Below are positions 10,229-20,610 of a stretch of 64,000 bases of DNA, piece by piece; position 1 is the first letter of the stretch; each line of letters opens with the position of its first letter. The position numbers and the translations under genes were made by a program. The DNA is from Ruminococcus sp. Lineage in GTDB: Bacteria > Bacillota > Clostridia > Oscillospirales > Ruminococcaceae. The notes beneath the pieces were generated by a model. It did not search any database, was not told the DNA's origin, and saw only the letters and a list, made by a program, of their open reading frames with translations. The stretch lies in the NCBI GenBank assembly GCA_017624895.1, contig JAGAMB010000064.1, positions 11,139-75,138 of the forward strand, given 5' to 3'.

Positions 10229-11821
10229 TTATTTCCGCTTCATCATTTCATCAGCGATTTCCCTGAAAACCGGGGCGGCGGTATCATTGCCATATCCGCC
10301 ATGCTCCGCAAGAACCGTCACCGCATACCGTGGGGCGCTTGCAGGAAAAAATCCCGTAATCCAGCCGTGGCAAAGCTCCTCTCCGTTCTCATCATATATC
10401 CCCGTCTGAGCAGTAGATGTCTTTGCTCCTGCTCGTACAAGAGTCGGAGCTGCTTTGGAGTTCTCGTTGTCGTATATCGCCCCTATCATCATTTTCCGCA
10501 GCTGTTTTGCGGTTTCCTCTGAAATCACACGGGAGGAAAGGGGCGGTTTTTCATTGCCTACCGTTTCGCCGTCAACAGTAGCGCCACGTATCAGACGGAG
10601 CATTATAAGCTCCCCTCCGTTGGCAATGGCGCAGGTCATCTGATTTATCTGCAGCGGTGTGGCAGTCAGCTTCCCCTGTCCGAATGAAAAGTTTGCAAGC
10701 TCAGCAGGAACAAGCAGCTCCTCCACCGATGGAAGAACACCTGCTGAGGAAATAATCCCCGTGGAGAGGTGTATCTCTCGCCCGAATCCCATATTGTAGG
10801 CTAAACTGCGATATTTCGTCAAATCAAGGCATTGACTCAGGCTGATGAAATATGGGTTGCATGAATTAGTCATAGCCTCGCTCATATTCTGAATACCATG
10901 ACCGCTTCTGTTATGACAGCCGAAAGTCAGCTCACCCATAGTCTGCCCCCCTCTGCAGCTGCACATAAATTCGGTCAATCCCTCATTAATTCCCTCACAG
11001 GCAGTTACAAGCTTGAATACAGAGCCAACACTGAACGAGTAAAGGCAGCGATTTATCATAGGGCTGTCCTCACTCTCAAATGCTGCTGAAAGATCGTTTA
11101 TATCGTACTGCGGAAAGCTTGCCATTCCCAGTATATCGCCGTTTTTCACATCCGATACAACAACTGCACCCTTTTTAAGCTTACTTCCTGCTTTTTCGCA
11201 TATCTCCTGTATTTCGCTGTCGAGAGTTGTCACGATCCCCGTTTTTTGCTTTGTACTGCGGATAACATTTTTACCACCGCCGATAAGGATATTGCCATGA
11301 CCGTCTGTTGAGTATGTCACGCTGTTTTCAACATTTCCTGTGCGAAAAAGCTTGTCATAGGCGTATTCAATTCCACTTACACCTGCTCCATCAGAAATAT
11401 AGCCTATGATATGAGGTGCAGGAATTTTCTCGCTGTATCTTTCGGGAATTTCAAAAAATGTCAGTCCCTGTGATTCTCTGCCCTTTTCTATACACTCAAA
11501 GGCAAATGGAGCTCCCTTTTCATAGAGAGATTCAAGCTCTGCCATATCTGCCGCATATTTTTTCAGCTCTGCAAGTGATACTTCTGAGGGAACTGCAACT
11601 GCAACTATCCCCATTTCAGCATTTGTCATCGGCTGAAAATTTCTGTCGAAAATCGTACCTGCCGTATCCCCTGCCTGTATAGTCACAAATGAGCTTTCAG
11701 CGGCAGTCCGCACATATTCCCTCTCCTGTGAAAGCTTCAGAAAATTCAGCGATATTCCGAAAAATACAAAGAAAAATATCACCGCAAGTATAAGTACACC
11801 CTGTTCACTCCGTCTGCGCAT
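10229..11821 (-). CDS. Class B penicillin-binding protein (transpeptidase), probably sporulation-related
   Basis: N-terminal TM, G.IFDRN, SVFK (SxxK), SCN (SxN), KTST variant of KTG. Confidence 0.9.
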   Translation of the reverse strand: MRRRSEQGVLILAVIFFFVFFGISLNFLKLSQEREYVRTAAESSFVTIQAGDTAGTIFDRNFQPMTNAEMGIVAVAVPSEVSLAELKKYAADMAELESLYEKGAPFAFECIEKGRESQGLTFFEIPERYSEKIPAPHIIGYISDGAGVSGIEYAYDKLFRTGNVENSVTYSTDGHGNILIGGGKNVIRSTKQKTGIVTTLDSEIQEICEKAGSKLKKGAVVVSDVKNGDILGMASFPQYDINDLSAAFESEDSPMINRCLYSFSVGSVFKLVTACEGINEGLTEFMCSCRGGQTMGELTFGCHNRSGHGIQNMSEAMTNSCNPYFISLSQCLDLTKYRSLAYNMGFGREIHLSTGIISSAGVLPSVEELLVPAELANFSFGQGKLTATPLQINQMTCAIANGGELIMLRLIRGATVDGETVGNEKPPLSSRVISEETAKQLRKMMIGAIYDNENSKAAPTLVRAGAKTSTAQTGIYDENGEELCHGWITGFFPASAPRYAVTVLAEHGGYGNDTAAPVFREIADEMMKRK

Positions 11822-11836
11822 ATCATCACCTCAGGG

Positions 11837-11866
11837 ATATTATCCGACTTTTTCTGATAATTATAC
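11837..11866 (-). promoter_or_regulatory. Possible sigma-F/G type promoter of the PBP gene
   Basis: GTATAA-15nt-GGATAATAT on the minus strand just upstream of SD GAGGTG; the -10 also resembles the local GGATATTATCC palindrome. Confidence 0.45.
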
Positions 11867-11893
11867 ATTACAGCTTGGCATTACAAAAAATAT

Positions 11894-11913
11894 GGGCGGA
11901 TAAAAATCCGCCC
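11894..11913 (-). terminator. Terminator hairpin after dtd (REP-like GGGCGGAT palindrome)
   Basis: GGGCGGAT-AAAA-ATCCGCCC followed by ATATTTTTT on the minus strand. Confidence 0.7.
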
Positions 11914-11922
11914 GCTTATACA

Positions 11923-12357
11923 TTATTCCAGCACAACCGTAAAGGGACCATCATTGACAAGGCTGACTTTCATATCAGCGCCAAAAACACCTGTTTCAAC
12001 GTGCTTTCCCTTACTGCGGCAGTAATCCGCAAAATAGTTATACAATCGCTCAGCTTCGTCAGGCTTGCCTGCCTGTATAAAGTTGGGACGATTTCCCTTG
12101 CGGCAGTCGGCATAAAGCGTAAACTGAGAAACTATAAGAAGCTCGCCGCCTACATCTCCAAGAGAAAGATTTATCTTATCATTCTCGTCGGAAAAAATAC
12201 GCAGATTTATAATCTTATCTGCAAGTCTGCGGCAATCCTCCTCAGTATCCCCCTGCCCTACTCCAAGAAGCACAAGATAGCCTGTGCCGATCTCTCCGCA
12301 GACATTTCCATCAACGGCTACGCTGGCGGAGCTTACTCTCTGCAATACTACTCTCAC
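11923..12357 (-). CDS. dtd: D-aminoacyl-tRNA deacylase
   Basis: [24 protein letters not shown]. Confidence 0.97.
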   Translation of the reverse strand: MRVVLQRVSSASVAVDGNVCGEIGTGYLVLLGVGQGDTEEDCRRLADKIINLRIFSDENDKINLSLGDVGGELLIVSQFTLYADCRKGNRPNFIQAGKPDEAERLYNYFADYCRSKGKHVETGVFGADMKVSLVNDGPFTVVLE

Positions 12358-12359
12358 TT

Positions 12360-14300
12360 TTATTTCCTCACAATTTCCATTTTAAGGGGAGCGAGTTCAA
12401 TAAACTCCGCCTCACTCTCATTTATCATACTATACATTGGCTTTGGCAAAGGTATTTTTACTGCCGACTTCGTATTGTTAAAGAAGCAGATATAGTCATC
12501 TCTGCCATTTGTTCTCGTTGTGACCTCAACACCTTTCGGCAGATTTCCAAGCTTAGGAATACCCGTCTGCATCATCAGGTTTGATATGAAGCTGTCATAA
12601 AAGTCAGCTCCGCAGACAGTTCCCACATAATAGGCAACTCCGCTGCAATAACGGTTCATCGTAACCGCAGCTGCTCCGCTGTTATCATCGCCATATACCG
12701 CATATGCCCTTGCTGTAAGAGGCGTCAGGATATCACACCATTGACTGCACTCAAACTCATTACCTGCAAAATCGCGTATAACTTTCTTTTCTTCGCCTAT
12801 AATGTCATAATCCTGTATCTCAGCCCCTGCAAGCTCCCTGAATACCGTGGGCAAAGCTTCCATTGTATAGCTGTTGTTCTCATTTTTCACTCCGCTTCTT
12901 GCGGTAAGAACGATAGTTCCGCCGTTCATAACATATCTGTATATATTATTTGTAGCAGCTGTCTTATTAACATACAAGGACGGCGCAATTACAAGCTTAT
13001 ATTTAGAAAGATCAGCCTCAGGAGATACAACATCAACATTAGCTCCGAACCCTGTCAGCGCCTTATGATATGCCTTGAGCTGTTTAAGATAATCAAAGCC
13101 CTCAACCTGCGGCTGAATGTGGAATGCAGCCTCAGTTTCGGGAGAATAAATTATCGCTGCATCTGATACGATTCTTGTATCATTAAGAGCATTAAGCTTT
13201 GAAACACATCTGCAAAGATCGGAAAACTCAAAGAATTTTCTGTTTGGTTTGTTTCCGTGGTCAAGTATGCCCCGATTGAACATTCTCGGCCCTTTCAGCG
13301 CAGTTCTCCAGCGATGGTGGAAAACTGTATTTGCTCCGCGAATCATAGCCTGCATTGCATATCCCATTATCATACCTGATTTGGGCGAAACAGGCATAAT
13401 CATTTCCTCACACTCGGTACTTCCAAGCTGTTCAATGACAATGAAATCTCTGCCTTTGATACACCTCATCATATCAAGCTCAAAGGCGCGGGAATTATAT
13501 ATTTCCCCTGTTGCCTTCGTTGTGGGGAAATTGTCATATGAAACATAATCAAGGCACTCAAACAGCTTGTAAAAATCAGGATTATTAATGTGGGGAGTTA
13601 TATTTGTTGAAATCTCTGCATTCTGATCAGCTGCACGAATGATGAGCATTTCATCGCGGACAAATTCAACAGCACAGTCCGATGTAAAGCGATACCATTC
13701 AAGAGAAAGAGATGGATTTTCCCATTCTGATGAATTGACAGCAGGCGGCTCAAATTCTGATATATCAGAGTATATGCTGTCTACAGCTTCATTGAGAGCC
13801 TCAACAGAGCCGTATTTATCCAACAACCAGCCGCGGAATTTCTCACGGCAGACATCACAGGTACAGTTGTACGCCTCTGCCTCATAGTCGATCTGCCACG
13901 ACACTACCGCAGGATTTTTCCCGAACTGCGCCACAAGAGCTTCTGTGATTTTTCGTGCATATCCTCTGAAAACAGGCGAATTTACACAGCGGTGAGCATT
14001 TATACTGCTTCTTGCACCTCTGCTTCCTATACGTATGATGTCAGGGTGCTTTCTGTACAGCCACAATGGAGGGCAGGCGGTTGGCAAACTCAATACTGTT
14101 CCTATGCCCCGTCTTGCAAATATAGCAATCACCTCTTTGAGCCAGTCAAAATTGAAATTCCCCTCGGAAGGTTCAAGTCTTTGCCACGCAAACTCTCCGA
14201 TACGTATTAACTTTACGCCTGTCTTTGACATCGTTTCCGCATCAATTTCCCATAATTCTCTGTCCCATTGTTCGGGATAATAATCAACGCCTACTCTCAT
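12360..14300 (-). CDS. GH42 beta-galactosidase-like protein, divergent
   Basis: [19 protein letters not shown], Cys cluster C.CDVC, trimerisation domain; no signal peptide. Confidence 0.88.
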   Translation of the reverse strand: MRVGVDYYPEQWDRELWEIDAETMSKTGVKLIRIGEFAWQRLEPSEGNFNFDWLKEVIAIFARRGIGTVLSLPTACPPLWLYRKHPDIIRIGSRGARSSINAHRCVNSPVFRGYARKITEALVAQFGKNPAVVSWQIDYEAEAYNCTCDVCREKFRGWLLDKYGSVEALNEAVDSIYSDISEFEPPAVNSSEWENPSLSLEWYRFTSDCAVEFVRDEMLIIRAADQNAEISTNITPHINNPDFYKLFECLDYVSYDNFPTTKATGEIYNSRAFELDMMRCIKGRDFIVIEQLGSTECEEMIMPVSPKSGMIMGYAMQAMIRGANTVFHHRWRTALKGPRMFNRGILDHGNKPNRKFFEFSDLCRCVSKLNALNDTRIVSDAAIIYSPETEAAFHIQPQVEGFDYLKQLKAYHKALTGFGANVDVVSPEADLSKYKLVIAPSLYVNKTAATNNIYRYVMNGGTIVLTARSGVKNENNSYTMEALPTVFRELAGAEIQDYDIIGEEKKVIRDFAGNEFECSQWCDILTPLTARAYAVYGDDNSGAAAVTMNRYCSGVAYYVGTVCGADFYDSFISNLMMQTGIPKLGNLPKGVEVTTRTNGRDDYICFFNNTKSAVKIPLPKPMYSMINESEAEFIELAPLKMEIVRK

Positions 14301-14387
14301 ATTTCTACCCTCGATTCATTATAAATTAAAAATAAAGAATTAGTTTCCTCGGATATGGACGGATATTATCAGTCAAGACAAAAATAA

Positions 14388-14924
14388 TTACCCATTATAT
14401 CTGATAATCTGACAGTTCCCCATAAACCAATTACTGTATTCCTCGGTAGTCATATCGTAAAAATATGTTTCAATAACCCGACAAATTCCGCCGTGACTCA
14501 CCAGAAGAACGTTTTTGTCGCGGTATTTCACCCTTATCTCGTCAAGGAGCGAGTATACTCTGTGACTCAACTGTAAAAGGGATTCACCGCCGTCACGCAT
14601 TTTCACGGCAAAATTTCTCTTATTTTCCGCAAAGCCCTCGGTATATCGGGATTTTCCCTCAAAGCTGCCGTAATCCCATTCGCGGAGTCTCTCATCGGTT
14701 ATAATATCAAGTCCGCATCTCTCGGCAGCAGCTTTTGCAGTAGCCTGCGCTCTTTTCATCGGAGAGGCTATGATAATATCAACATCTCCAAGAGCTTCAA
14801 CAGCCTCTGCAAACTCCTCAGCCTGAGCCAATCCTGTAGAATTAAGCGGCAGATCAGTTACGCCGAGTATCAGATCCTCTTTATTATAATCAGTCTGCCC
14901 GTGTCTTGCAGAATAAATCGTCAT
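14388..14924 (-). CDS. Histidine phosphatase (phosphoglycerate mutase family)
   Basis: RHGQT, SP..RA..T, L.E, SHGG. Confidence 0.92.
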   Translation of the reverse strand: MTIYSARHGQTDYNKEDLILGVTDLPLNSTGLAQAEEFAEAVEALGDVDIIIASPMKRAQATAKAAAERCGLDIITDERLREWDYGSFEGKSRYTEGFAENKRNFAVKMRDGGESLLQLSHRVYSLLDEIRVKYRDKNVLLVSHGGICRVIETYFYDMTTEEYSNWFMGNCQIIRYNG

Positions 14925-16582
14925 ATCTCAGCCGCCCTTCTCAGCTCGTCCTCAGCCGCCTTTATAACAAGATCTCCCGGATCATCGCCGCCCATTATAC
15001 GTGCGATCTCCGCTGTTCTTCCGCTGAAATCAAGCTGTGTGACGGTTGTTTCAGTTCTGCTGTCAACTATATTTTTTTCTATCATAAGGTGATTATCCGC
15101 CATAACTGCAATCTGCGAAAGATGAGTAACACAGATGACCTGACGTACTTTTCCTATTTCTTTTAGCTTTATGCCGATTTTCTGAGCCGCCTTTCCGCTT
15201 ACTCCCGTGTCTATCTCGTCGAAAATCATTGTATCTATGCTGTCCTTATCTGCAATAACGCTTTTCAGCGCAAGCATAACACGGGATAATTCGCCGCCTG
15301 ATGCAATCTTTGCAATAGGCTTCGGCTCCTCGCCTCTGTTTGCGGATATGAGAAACTCCACCGTATCCATTCCGCTGACGGTAAGCTTACCTTTTTCATG
15401 GCGTACAGCAAGAATAACTCCTGCCATATTAAGAAATTCAAGCTCCTCAGTAACCCGTTCTACAAAGCGCTTTGCCGTTTCTTCACGATAATCGTAAAGT
15501 GCCTTTGCCTGCTCTGTGACTTTGTGGAGCAGCTCCTCACGCTTTGCCGCAAGAAGCTTTATTTCGCTGTCGCTGCCCTCAAGCCTTGTAAGCTCGTCAC
15601 AGGCAGAATCATACATCTTCACAAGCTCTGTACTGTCGGCAAGATATTTCTTGCTGACCTTGTTTATATCGCTCAACCGCTGACGGATAAACTCCACACG
15701 CCGCCCGTCAAGCTCTGCCTTGTCAGCAATTTTTTCAAGCTCAGAGGCAATATCGGAAAGTTCAATTTCCACAGCAGAAAGCCTGCCATATATAGCCGAT
15801 ATCTCCGCCGACTCATCAGTAAGGGCTGATATTTCACTCTCTGCTGCCGCAATGATGTCATTAGCCCCCTCATCGCCGTTTATAGCGTGTACAGCAGAAC
15901 CTATAGCTGATATTATGCGCTGTGCATTTTCTGAAGCGGCAAGCTCCTTTTCAAGCTCATCGTCCTCTCCTGCTTTCAGCTCCAGCGCACCTATATCCTT
16001 GACTACCTGACTGAGATAGCGCATACGCTCAATACGTGACTGCTCCTGCTTTTTAAGCTCCCCAAGCCGCCTTGCCGTATGCTGAAGCTCACGGAAGGTC
16101 ACACGATATTCTTCCAGCAGACTGTTATCTCCGCCGAAATCGTCCAGTATCTCCATATGTCGCTGACTGTCAAGAAGTATCTGATTATCATGCTGACCGT
16201 GAATATTTATCATCATACTGCCGATTTCTTTCAGCATTGCCGCAGGTGCAGTTCTGCCGTTTATACGTGCAATGCTGCCGCCGTCCGCATTTATCTCACG
16301 GGTAACAGTTATTTCATTGTTATCACAGTCAATGCCAAGCTCGTCAAGCTTTCTGCATATATCAGGAGAAAGCTCCGTAAAAAGAGCTGTTATAACAGCC
16401 TTGTCACAGCCTGTACGGACGATATCCTTACTGCAGCGCTGTCCCAGAACAGCATTTATTCCGTTGATGAGTATGGATTTACCTGCACCCGTTTCTCCTG
16501 TGAAGATATTAAGCCCTTTCTCAAGCGGTATAACTGTTTCACGTATTACCGCAAGGTTTTTAATATAAAGCTCCTTTAACAT
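14921..16582 (-). CDS. recN: DNA repair protein RecN
   Basis: GETGAGKS, HGQHD, SGGELSR, FDEID. Confidence 0.97.
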   Translation of the reverse strand: MLKELYIKNLAVIRETVIPLEKGLNIFTGETGAGKSILINGINAVLGQRCSKDIVRTGCDKAVITALFTELSPDICRKLDELGIDCDNNEITVTREINADGGSIARINGRTAPAAMLKEIGSMMINIHGQHDNQILLDSQRHMEILDDFGGDNSLLEEYRVTFRELQHTARRLGELKKQEQSRIERMRYLSQVVKDIGALELKAGEDDELEKELAASENAQRIISAIGSAVHAINGDEGANDIIAAAESEISALTDESAEISAIYGRLSAVEIELSDIASELEKIADKAELDGRRVEFIRQRLSDINKVSKKYLADSTELVKMYDSACDELTRLEGSDSEIKLLAAKREELLHKVTEQAKALYDYREETAKRFVERVTEELEFLNMAGVILAVRHEKGKLTVSGMDTVEFLISANRGEEPKPIAKIASGGELSRVMLALKSVIADKDSIDTMIFDEIDTGVSGKAAQKIGIKLKEIGKVRQVICVTHLSQIAVMADNHLMIEKNIVDSRTETTVTQLDFSGRTAEIARIMGGDDPGDLVIKAAEDELRRAAEI

Positions 16583-16600
16583 TGACCGTTGACCTGCTTT

Positions 16601-17038
16601 CTAAATGAGTATATCGTTTCTGAATTTCTTTGCCAGCTTTTTCGCATCTGCCTCGCTGCGGACAAGGATAAATATTGTATCATCTCCTGCAATTGTGCCG
16701 ACTACGCCCTCGTGTCTTACAGAGTCGATGGCAGCACAGGTTCCCTGCGCCATTCCCGCACGACATTTCAGGACTATAGTATTAAGCGCATAATCCACAT
16801 CAACTACAGCCTCAGAAAATATTCCCTTTTCCACAGCTGCCGCCGGAGAGAGTGTGTACCTGTATACCCCGTTGTCATCACGGAGCTTTACAAGAGAAAG
16901 CTGCTGTATATCTCTTGACAGCGTTGCCTGAGTAACAGCTATCCCCCTCTCAGCAAGCAGCCCGATAAGCTGCTCCTGCGTTGATACAGGAATATCGTTA
17001 ATTATTTCAAGAATAATATCACGGCGATTGTTTTTCAT
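16601..17038 (-). CDS. argR: Arginine repressor
   Basis: VTQATLSRDI, GTIAGDDTI. Confidence 0.96.
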   Translation of the reverse strand: MKNNRRDIILEIINDIPVSTQEQLIGLLAERGIAVTQATLSRDIQQLSLVKLRDDNGVYRYTLSPAAAVEKGIFSEAVVDVDYALNTIVLKCRAGMAQGTCAAIDSVRHEGVVGTIAGDDTIFILVRSEADAKKLAKKFRNDILI

Positions 17039-17045
17039 ATCTACC

Positions 17046-17900
17046 TCACTTTATAGGCTTGCACATTTTGCGGCACAGCGAATCGTGAAAGGCATTGTCG
17101 ATTATTTCCACAAAGCTGATCGTATGTCTGCCGCGCATAATCTCTACCGTTTCATTTTCCGCCATTTTGTGTACAAGCTCGCCGTCTGCACTCAGGACGA
17201 GTGAATTTTCCCCAGATGTCCTGTCTGTAAGACAAAGCTTTCTGTCCGCCGAAAAAAGTGTTGCCCTTGCAAAAAGAGAATGAGGACAAATCAGATTCAT
17301 CTCGATACATTCCAGATCCGGCTCAATAACAGGACCTCCGGCTGAAAGAGCGTAAGCAGTTGAACCTGATGGTGTGCTGAAAAGAATACCATCAGCACGA
17401 TATTTTCCTATGAGATAACCGTCAGCTGCTACGTCAAAGTCACATATTCTGAAGCTTGCTGATCTTGCTGATACCTCGTTAAGGGCGGTATAAACAGTAT
17501 CCCCATCTGCGCCATGAATTACAACATCAACAGTCATACGCCGCGATATACGGTAGTCGCCTGTTTTAAGCTTTTTCAGAGCGTCAAGCTGGTCAGCTTC
17601 AAGACCTGCCATAAAGCCGAGCGTTCCCGAATTAATGCCGAGAAGCTTTGTATCAGTTCCCATAAGAAGCTTTGCACATCTTAAAATAGTGCCGTCGCCG
17701 CCGATAGCTATAAAAATATCTGCATTTCCAACAAGAGATGTTATATCCTCAAAAACCACGAATTTCTTGTCGCCGAATTCCTTTGTGTACTCACGGTCAA
17801 CAATTACTCCTATACCTGCTGAATGGAGCACATCGCAGACCTGTCTTGCACAACAAAGAGCATTTTTCTTCTGAAAATTGGGATAAAGTACCGCTTTCAT
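17046..17900 (-). CDS. nadK: NAD kinase
   Basis: GGDGT, NE, DG...STPSGSTAY.LSAGGP. Confidence 0.95.
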   Translation of the reverse strand: MKAVLYPNFQKKNALCCARQVCDVLHSAGIGVIVDREYTKEFGDKKFVVFEDITSLVGNADIFIAIGGDGTILRCAKLLMGTDTKLLGINSGTLGFMAGLEADQLDALKKLKTGDYRISRRMTVDVVIHGADGDTVYTALNEVSARSASFRICDFDVAADGYLIGKYRADGILFSTPSGSTAYALSAGGPVIEPDLECIEMNLICPHSLFARATLFSADRKLCLTDRTSGENSLVLSADGELVHKMAENETVEIMRGRHTISFVEIIDNAFHDSLCRKMCKPIK

Positions 17901-17909
17901 TTTCTCCTC

Positions 17910-18695
17910 CTACAACTGACGGAATGCCTCCTCCACAATGCCGACAAAATCCTGTCGGGGAGCTTCATCGGAGCATTTTACAAGCTTCGCCAGATATTCA
18001 ATATTGCCGCTTCCGCCCTTTATAGGCGAATAGGTAAAGCTCACAGGCATAAGTCCTGTCAGCCGCATAAAGCTGTCAAGCTCATTTAAAATACGCAGAT
18101 GAACCTTTCTGTCCTTTACAATTCCTTTTTTACCGATATCGCTTTTTCCAGCCTCAAACTGGGGCTTTACGAGGACAGCGGCAGTACCGCCATCTTTCAG
18201 CAGCTCGCTGATTTTCGGCAGTATCTTCGTCAGGGAGATAAAAGACACATCAGCGCATACAAAATCCACCTGACCGCCTGTATCATCATCCGTAACCGCA
18301 CGTATATCTGTATTTTCCATATTTACAACGCGGCTGTCACGGCGGAGAGATTCCGCAAGCTGTCCGTGACCTACGTCAACAGCATAGACGATTACCGCCC
18401 CATGGTTTATCATATACTCGGTGAAACCGCCGGTTGAAGCACCTATGTCAAGGCACCGCATTCCGCTGAAATTCAGAGAGAAATATTCCGCCGCCTTTTC
18501 CAGCTTCAGCGCACCTCTGCCTACATACAGCTCCTGTTCCGCAGATTCAAGTATATCCTCCGCAGATACCTCAGCGGAGGATTTTTTTGCAGGCTTGCCG
18601 TTTACTGTAACGGCTCCTGATTTTATCATTTCTTTTGCTCGCTCACGGCTTCGGGCGATACCTCTTGCCACAAGCTCAGCGTCAAGACGTGCCAT
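17910..18695 (-). CDS. tlyA: TlyA family rRNA 2'-O-methyltransferase
   Basis: S4 domain, DIGASTGGFT, DVSFISL, KPQFE, GNIEY. Confidence 0.96.
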   Translation of the reverse strand: MARLDAELVARGIARSRERAKEMIKSGAVTVNGKPAKKSSAEVSAEDILESAEQELYVGRGALKLEKAAEYFSLNFSGMRCLDIGASTGGFTEYMINHGAVIVYAVDVGHGQLAESLRRDSRVVNMENTDIRAVTDDDTGGQVDFVCADVSFISLTKILPKISELLKDGGTAAVLVKPQFEAGKSDIGKKGIVKDRKVHLRILNELDSFMRLTGLMPVSFTYSPIKGGSGNIEYLAKLVKCSDEAPRQDFVGIVEEAFRQL

Positions 18696-20565
18696 TATCG
18701 CCGCCTCCGTTTTGTATTAATTGAGCCATTTTCTCGCTGCTCAGACCAATTTTATCAAGTGCGGACTTTACAGCCGCCTGTTTGATAAAGCCCTTTGCCG
18801 CAACTCTTGCATATTTTCCGCGGAAGCCCGATTCCATAAGCATAGCTCCAAGCTTTTCGGAAATACTTCCCTGACTTATAGCTTCCTCAAAGAATATTAC
18901 CCTTTTGTATTTCGATATCCTGCCGATAAGCTCCTCTGCCACAGGAAAAATCTTCGTAAGTCTTAGCATATCGCAGGAAAGCTTATAGTTATCAACAGCT
19001 TTATAAGCTTCGTTGAAAATCCTGCCATATGATACGATCAGCGTATCATTTCCGCTGTCATATAATTTATAATCGGAATAGCTTCCGTCAAAGTCATAGC
19101 TTATATCCTCCGCACCTCTTGGATATCTCACCGCTGCAAGATGCTTATCATCATATATTGCCTTTTTAAGACATATCCTCAGCTCCTCATAACAGGAGGG
19201 TGCGTATATAACAGTATCGGGTATGCTTGTGAGCATAGGAACGTCAAACAATCCCTGGTGAGTTTCGCCGTCCTCGCCCACTATTCCTGCGCGGTCAATT
19301 CCCAGTACAAGGTGAAGTCCGCCTATTGCAACATCGTGGATAAGCTGGTCGTAGGCTCTCTGCAAAAATGTGGAATATACCGCAAATACGGGTATCTGTC
19401 CCATTGCGGCAAGTCCTCCTCCGAAGGTTACAGCGTGCTGCTCCGCAATTCCCACATCGTAAAAGCGATTGGGCAGCTTTTTCCCGAAATACTGCAAGCC
19501 TGTGCCATATTTCATCGCCGCGGTTATGGCGCATATACGCTCGTCAGCCTCCGCAAGACGCAGAAGCTCCTTTCCGAAAACGGTGGAATAGCTGTCACCT
19601 GCTGATATCTCCGGATTGCCCGATTCAACATCAAACCGTGATATACCGTGATATTCACCGGGATTTTTCTCAGCGGGAAGATACCCCTTGCCCTTGACCG
19701 TCTTGACGTGAACGAATACAGGGCGATGATATGACTTCGCCATTCTCATTGCCTGCTCCAGATCATTAAGGCTGTGACCATTAATAGGGCCGAGATATAT
19801 AAATCCTATATCCTCAAAAAGATTTCGGGGAAGTATTGTTGATTTTATAGCGTCCTTGACATATTTCATACCCTTTGCCGCTTTTGAGCCAACTACGGGT
19901 ATCTTATTGAGTTTCTGCTCCACCTTTCTCTTTGTGTCGAGATATTCCTCTGAGTTGCGGAGAGATGTCAGATACTTTTCAAGTGAGCCGACGCTTTTTG
20001 AAATCGACATATTATTATCGTTAAGAATAACAATGAGATTGCTGTCTTTGTCAAAACAGCAGTTGTTCATAGCCTCGTATACCATACCGCCTGTCATAGC
20101 ACCGTCACCGATAACAGCAACGGTATAATCGTCCTTGCCCTGTAAGCGCATAGCCTCTGCTATGCCGCAGGCTGTGGAAATAGATGTGCTGCTATGTCCT
20201 GCTATAACTGCGTCGTGTACCGATTCCGAAGGCTTTGGAAATCCTGAAATACCATCCTCCTGGCGGATCGTTGAAAATCTGTCTGCTCTGCCTGTGAGAA
20301 GCTTGTGAACATACGCCTGATGTCCTACATCCCACACAATTTTATCCTCCGGTGAGTTGAAATTCCTGTGAATGGACATAGTAAGCTCCACCACACCGAG
20401 ATTTGAGGCAAGATGACCACCAGTTGAGGAAATGGTATCAACAAGGATATTCCTTAGCTCGCCGCAAAGCTGACGGCATTGCGTCAGAGAAAGCTTTTTC
20501 AGATCCTGGGGCAGATTAAGCTCCGAAAGTCTTATTCTGTCGCCATTTTTTATAAATTCACTCAT
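18682..20565 (-). CDS. dxs: 1-deoxy-D-xylulose-5-phosphate synthase
   Basis: GGHLASNLG, WDVGHQ, GDGAMT..EAMN, DRAG.VG.DG.THQG. Confidence 0.97.
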   Translation of the reverse strand: MSEFIKNGDRIRLSELNLPQDLKKLSLTQCRQLCGELRNILVDTISSTGGHLASNLGVVELTMSIHRNFNSPEDKIVWDVGHQAYVHKLLTGRADRFSTIRQEDGISGFPKPSESVHDAVIAGHSSTSISTACGIAEAMRLQGKDDYTVAVIGDGAMTGGMVYEAMNNCCFDKDSNLIVILNDNNMSISKSVGSLEKYLTSLRNSEEYLDTKRKVEQKLNKIPVVGSKAAKGMKYVKDAIKSTILPRNLFEDIGFIYLGPINGHSLNDLEQAMRMAKSYHRPVFVHVKTVKGKGYLPAEKNPGEYHGISRFDVESGNPEISAGDSYSTVFGKELLRLAEADERICAITAAMKYGTGLQYFGKKLPNRFYDVGIAEQHAVTFGGGLAAMGQIPVFAVYSTFLQRAYDQLIHDVAIGGLHLVLGIDRAGIVGEDGETHQGLFDVPMLTSIPDTVIYAPSCYEELRICLKKAIYDDKHLAAVRYPRGAEDISYDFDGSYSDYKLYDSGNDTLIVSYGRIFNEAYKAVDNYKLSCDMLRLTKIFPVAEELIGRISKYKRVIFFEEAISQGSISEKLGAMLMESGFRGKYARVAAKGFIKQAAVKSALDKIGLSSEKMAQLIQNGGGDNGTS

Positions 20566-20610
20566 TTTAACGTTATAGGAAATGGCATACGCACATTCCC
20601 AAAACTCCTT

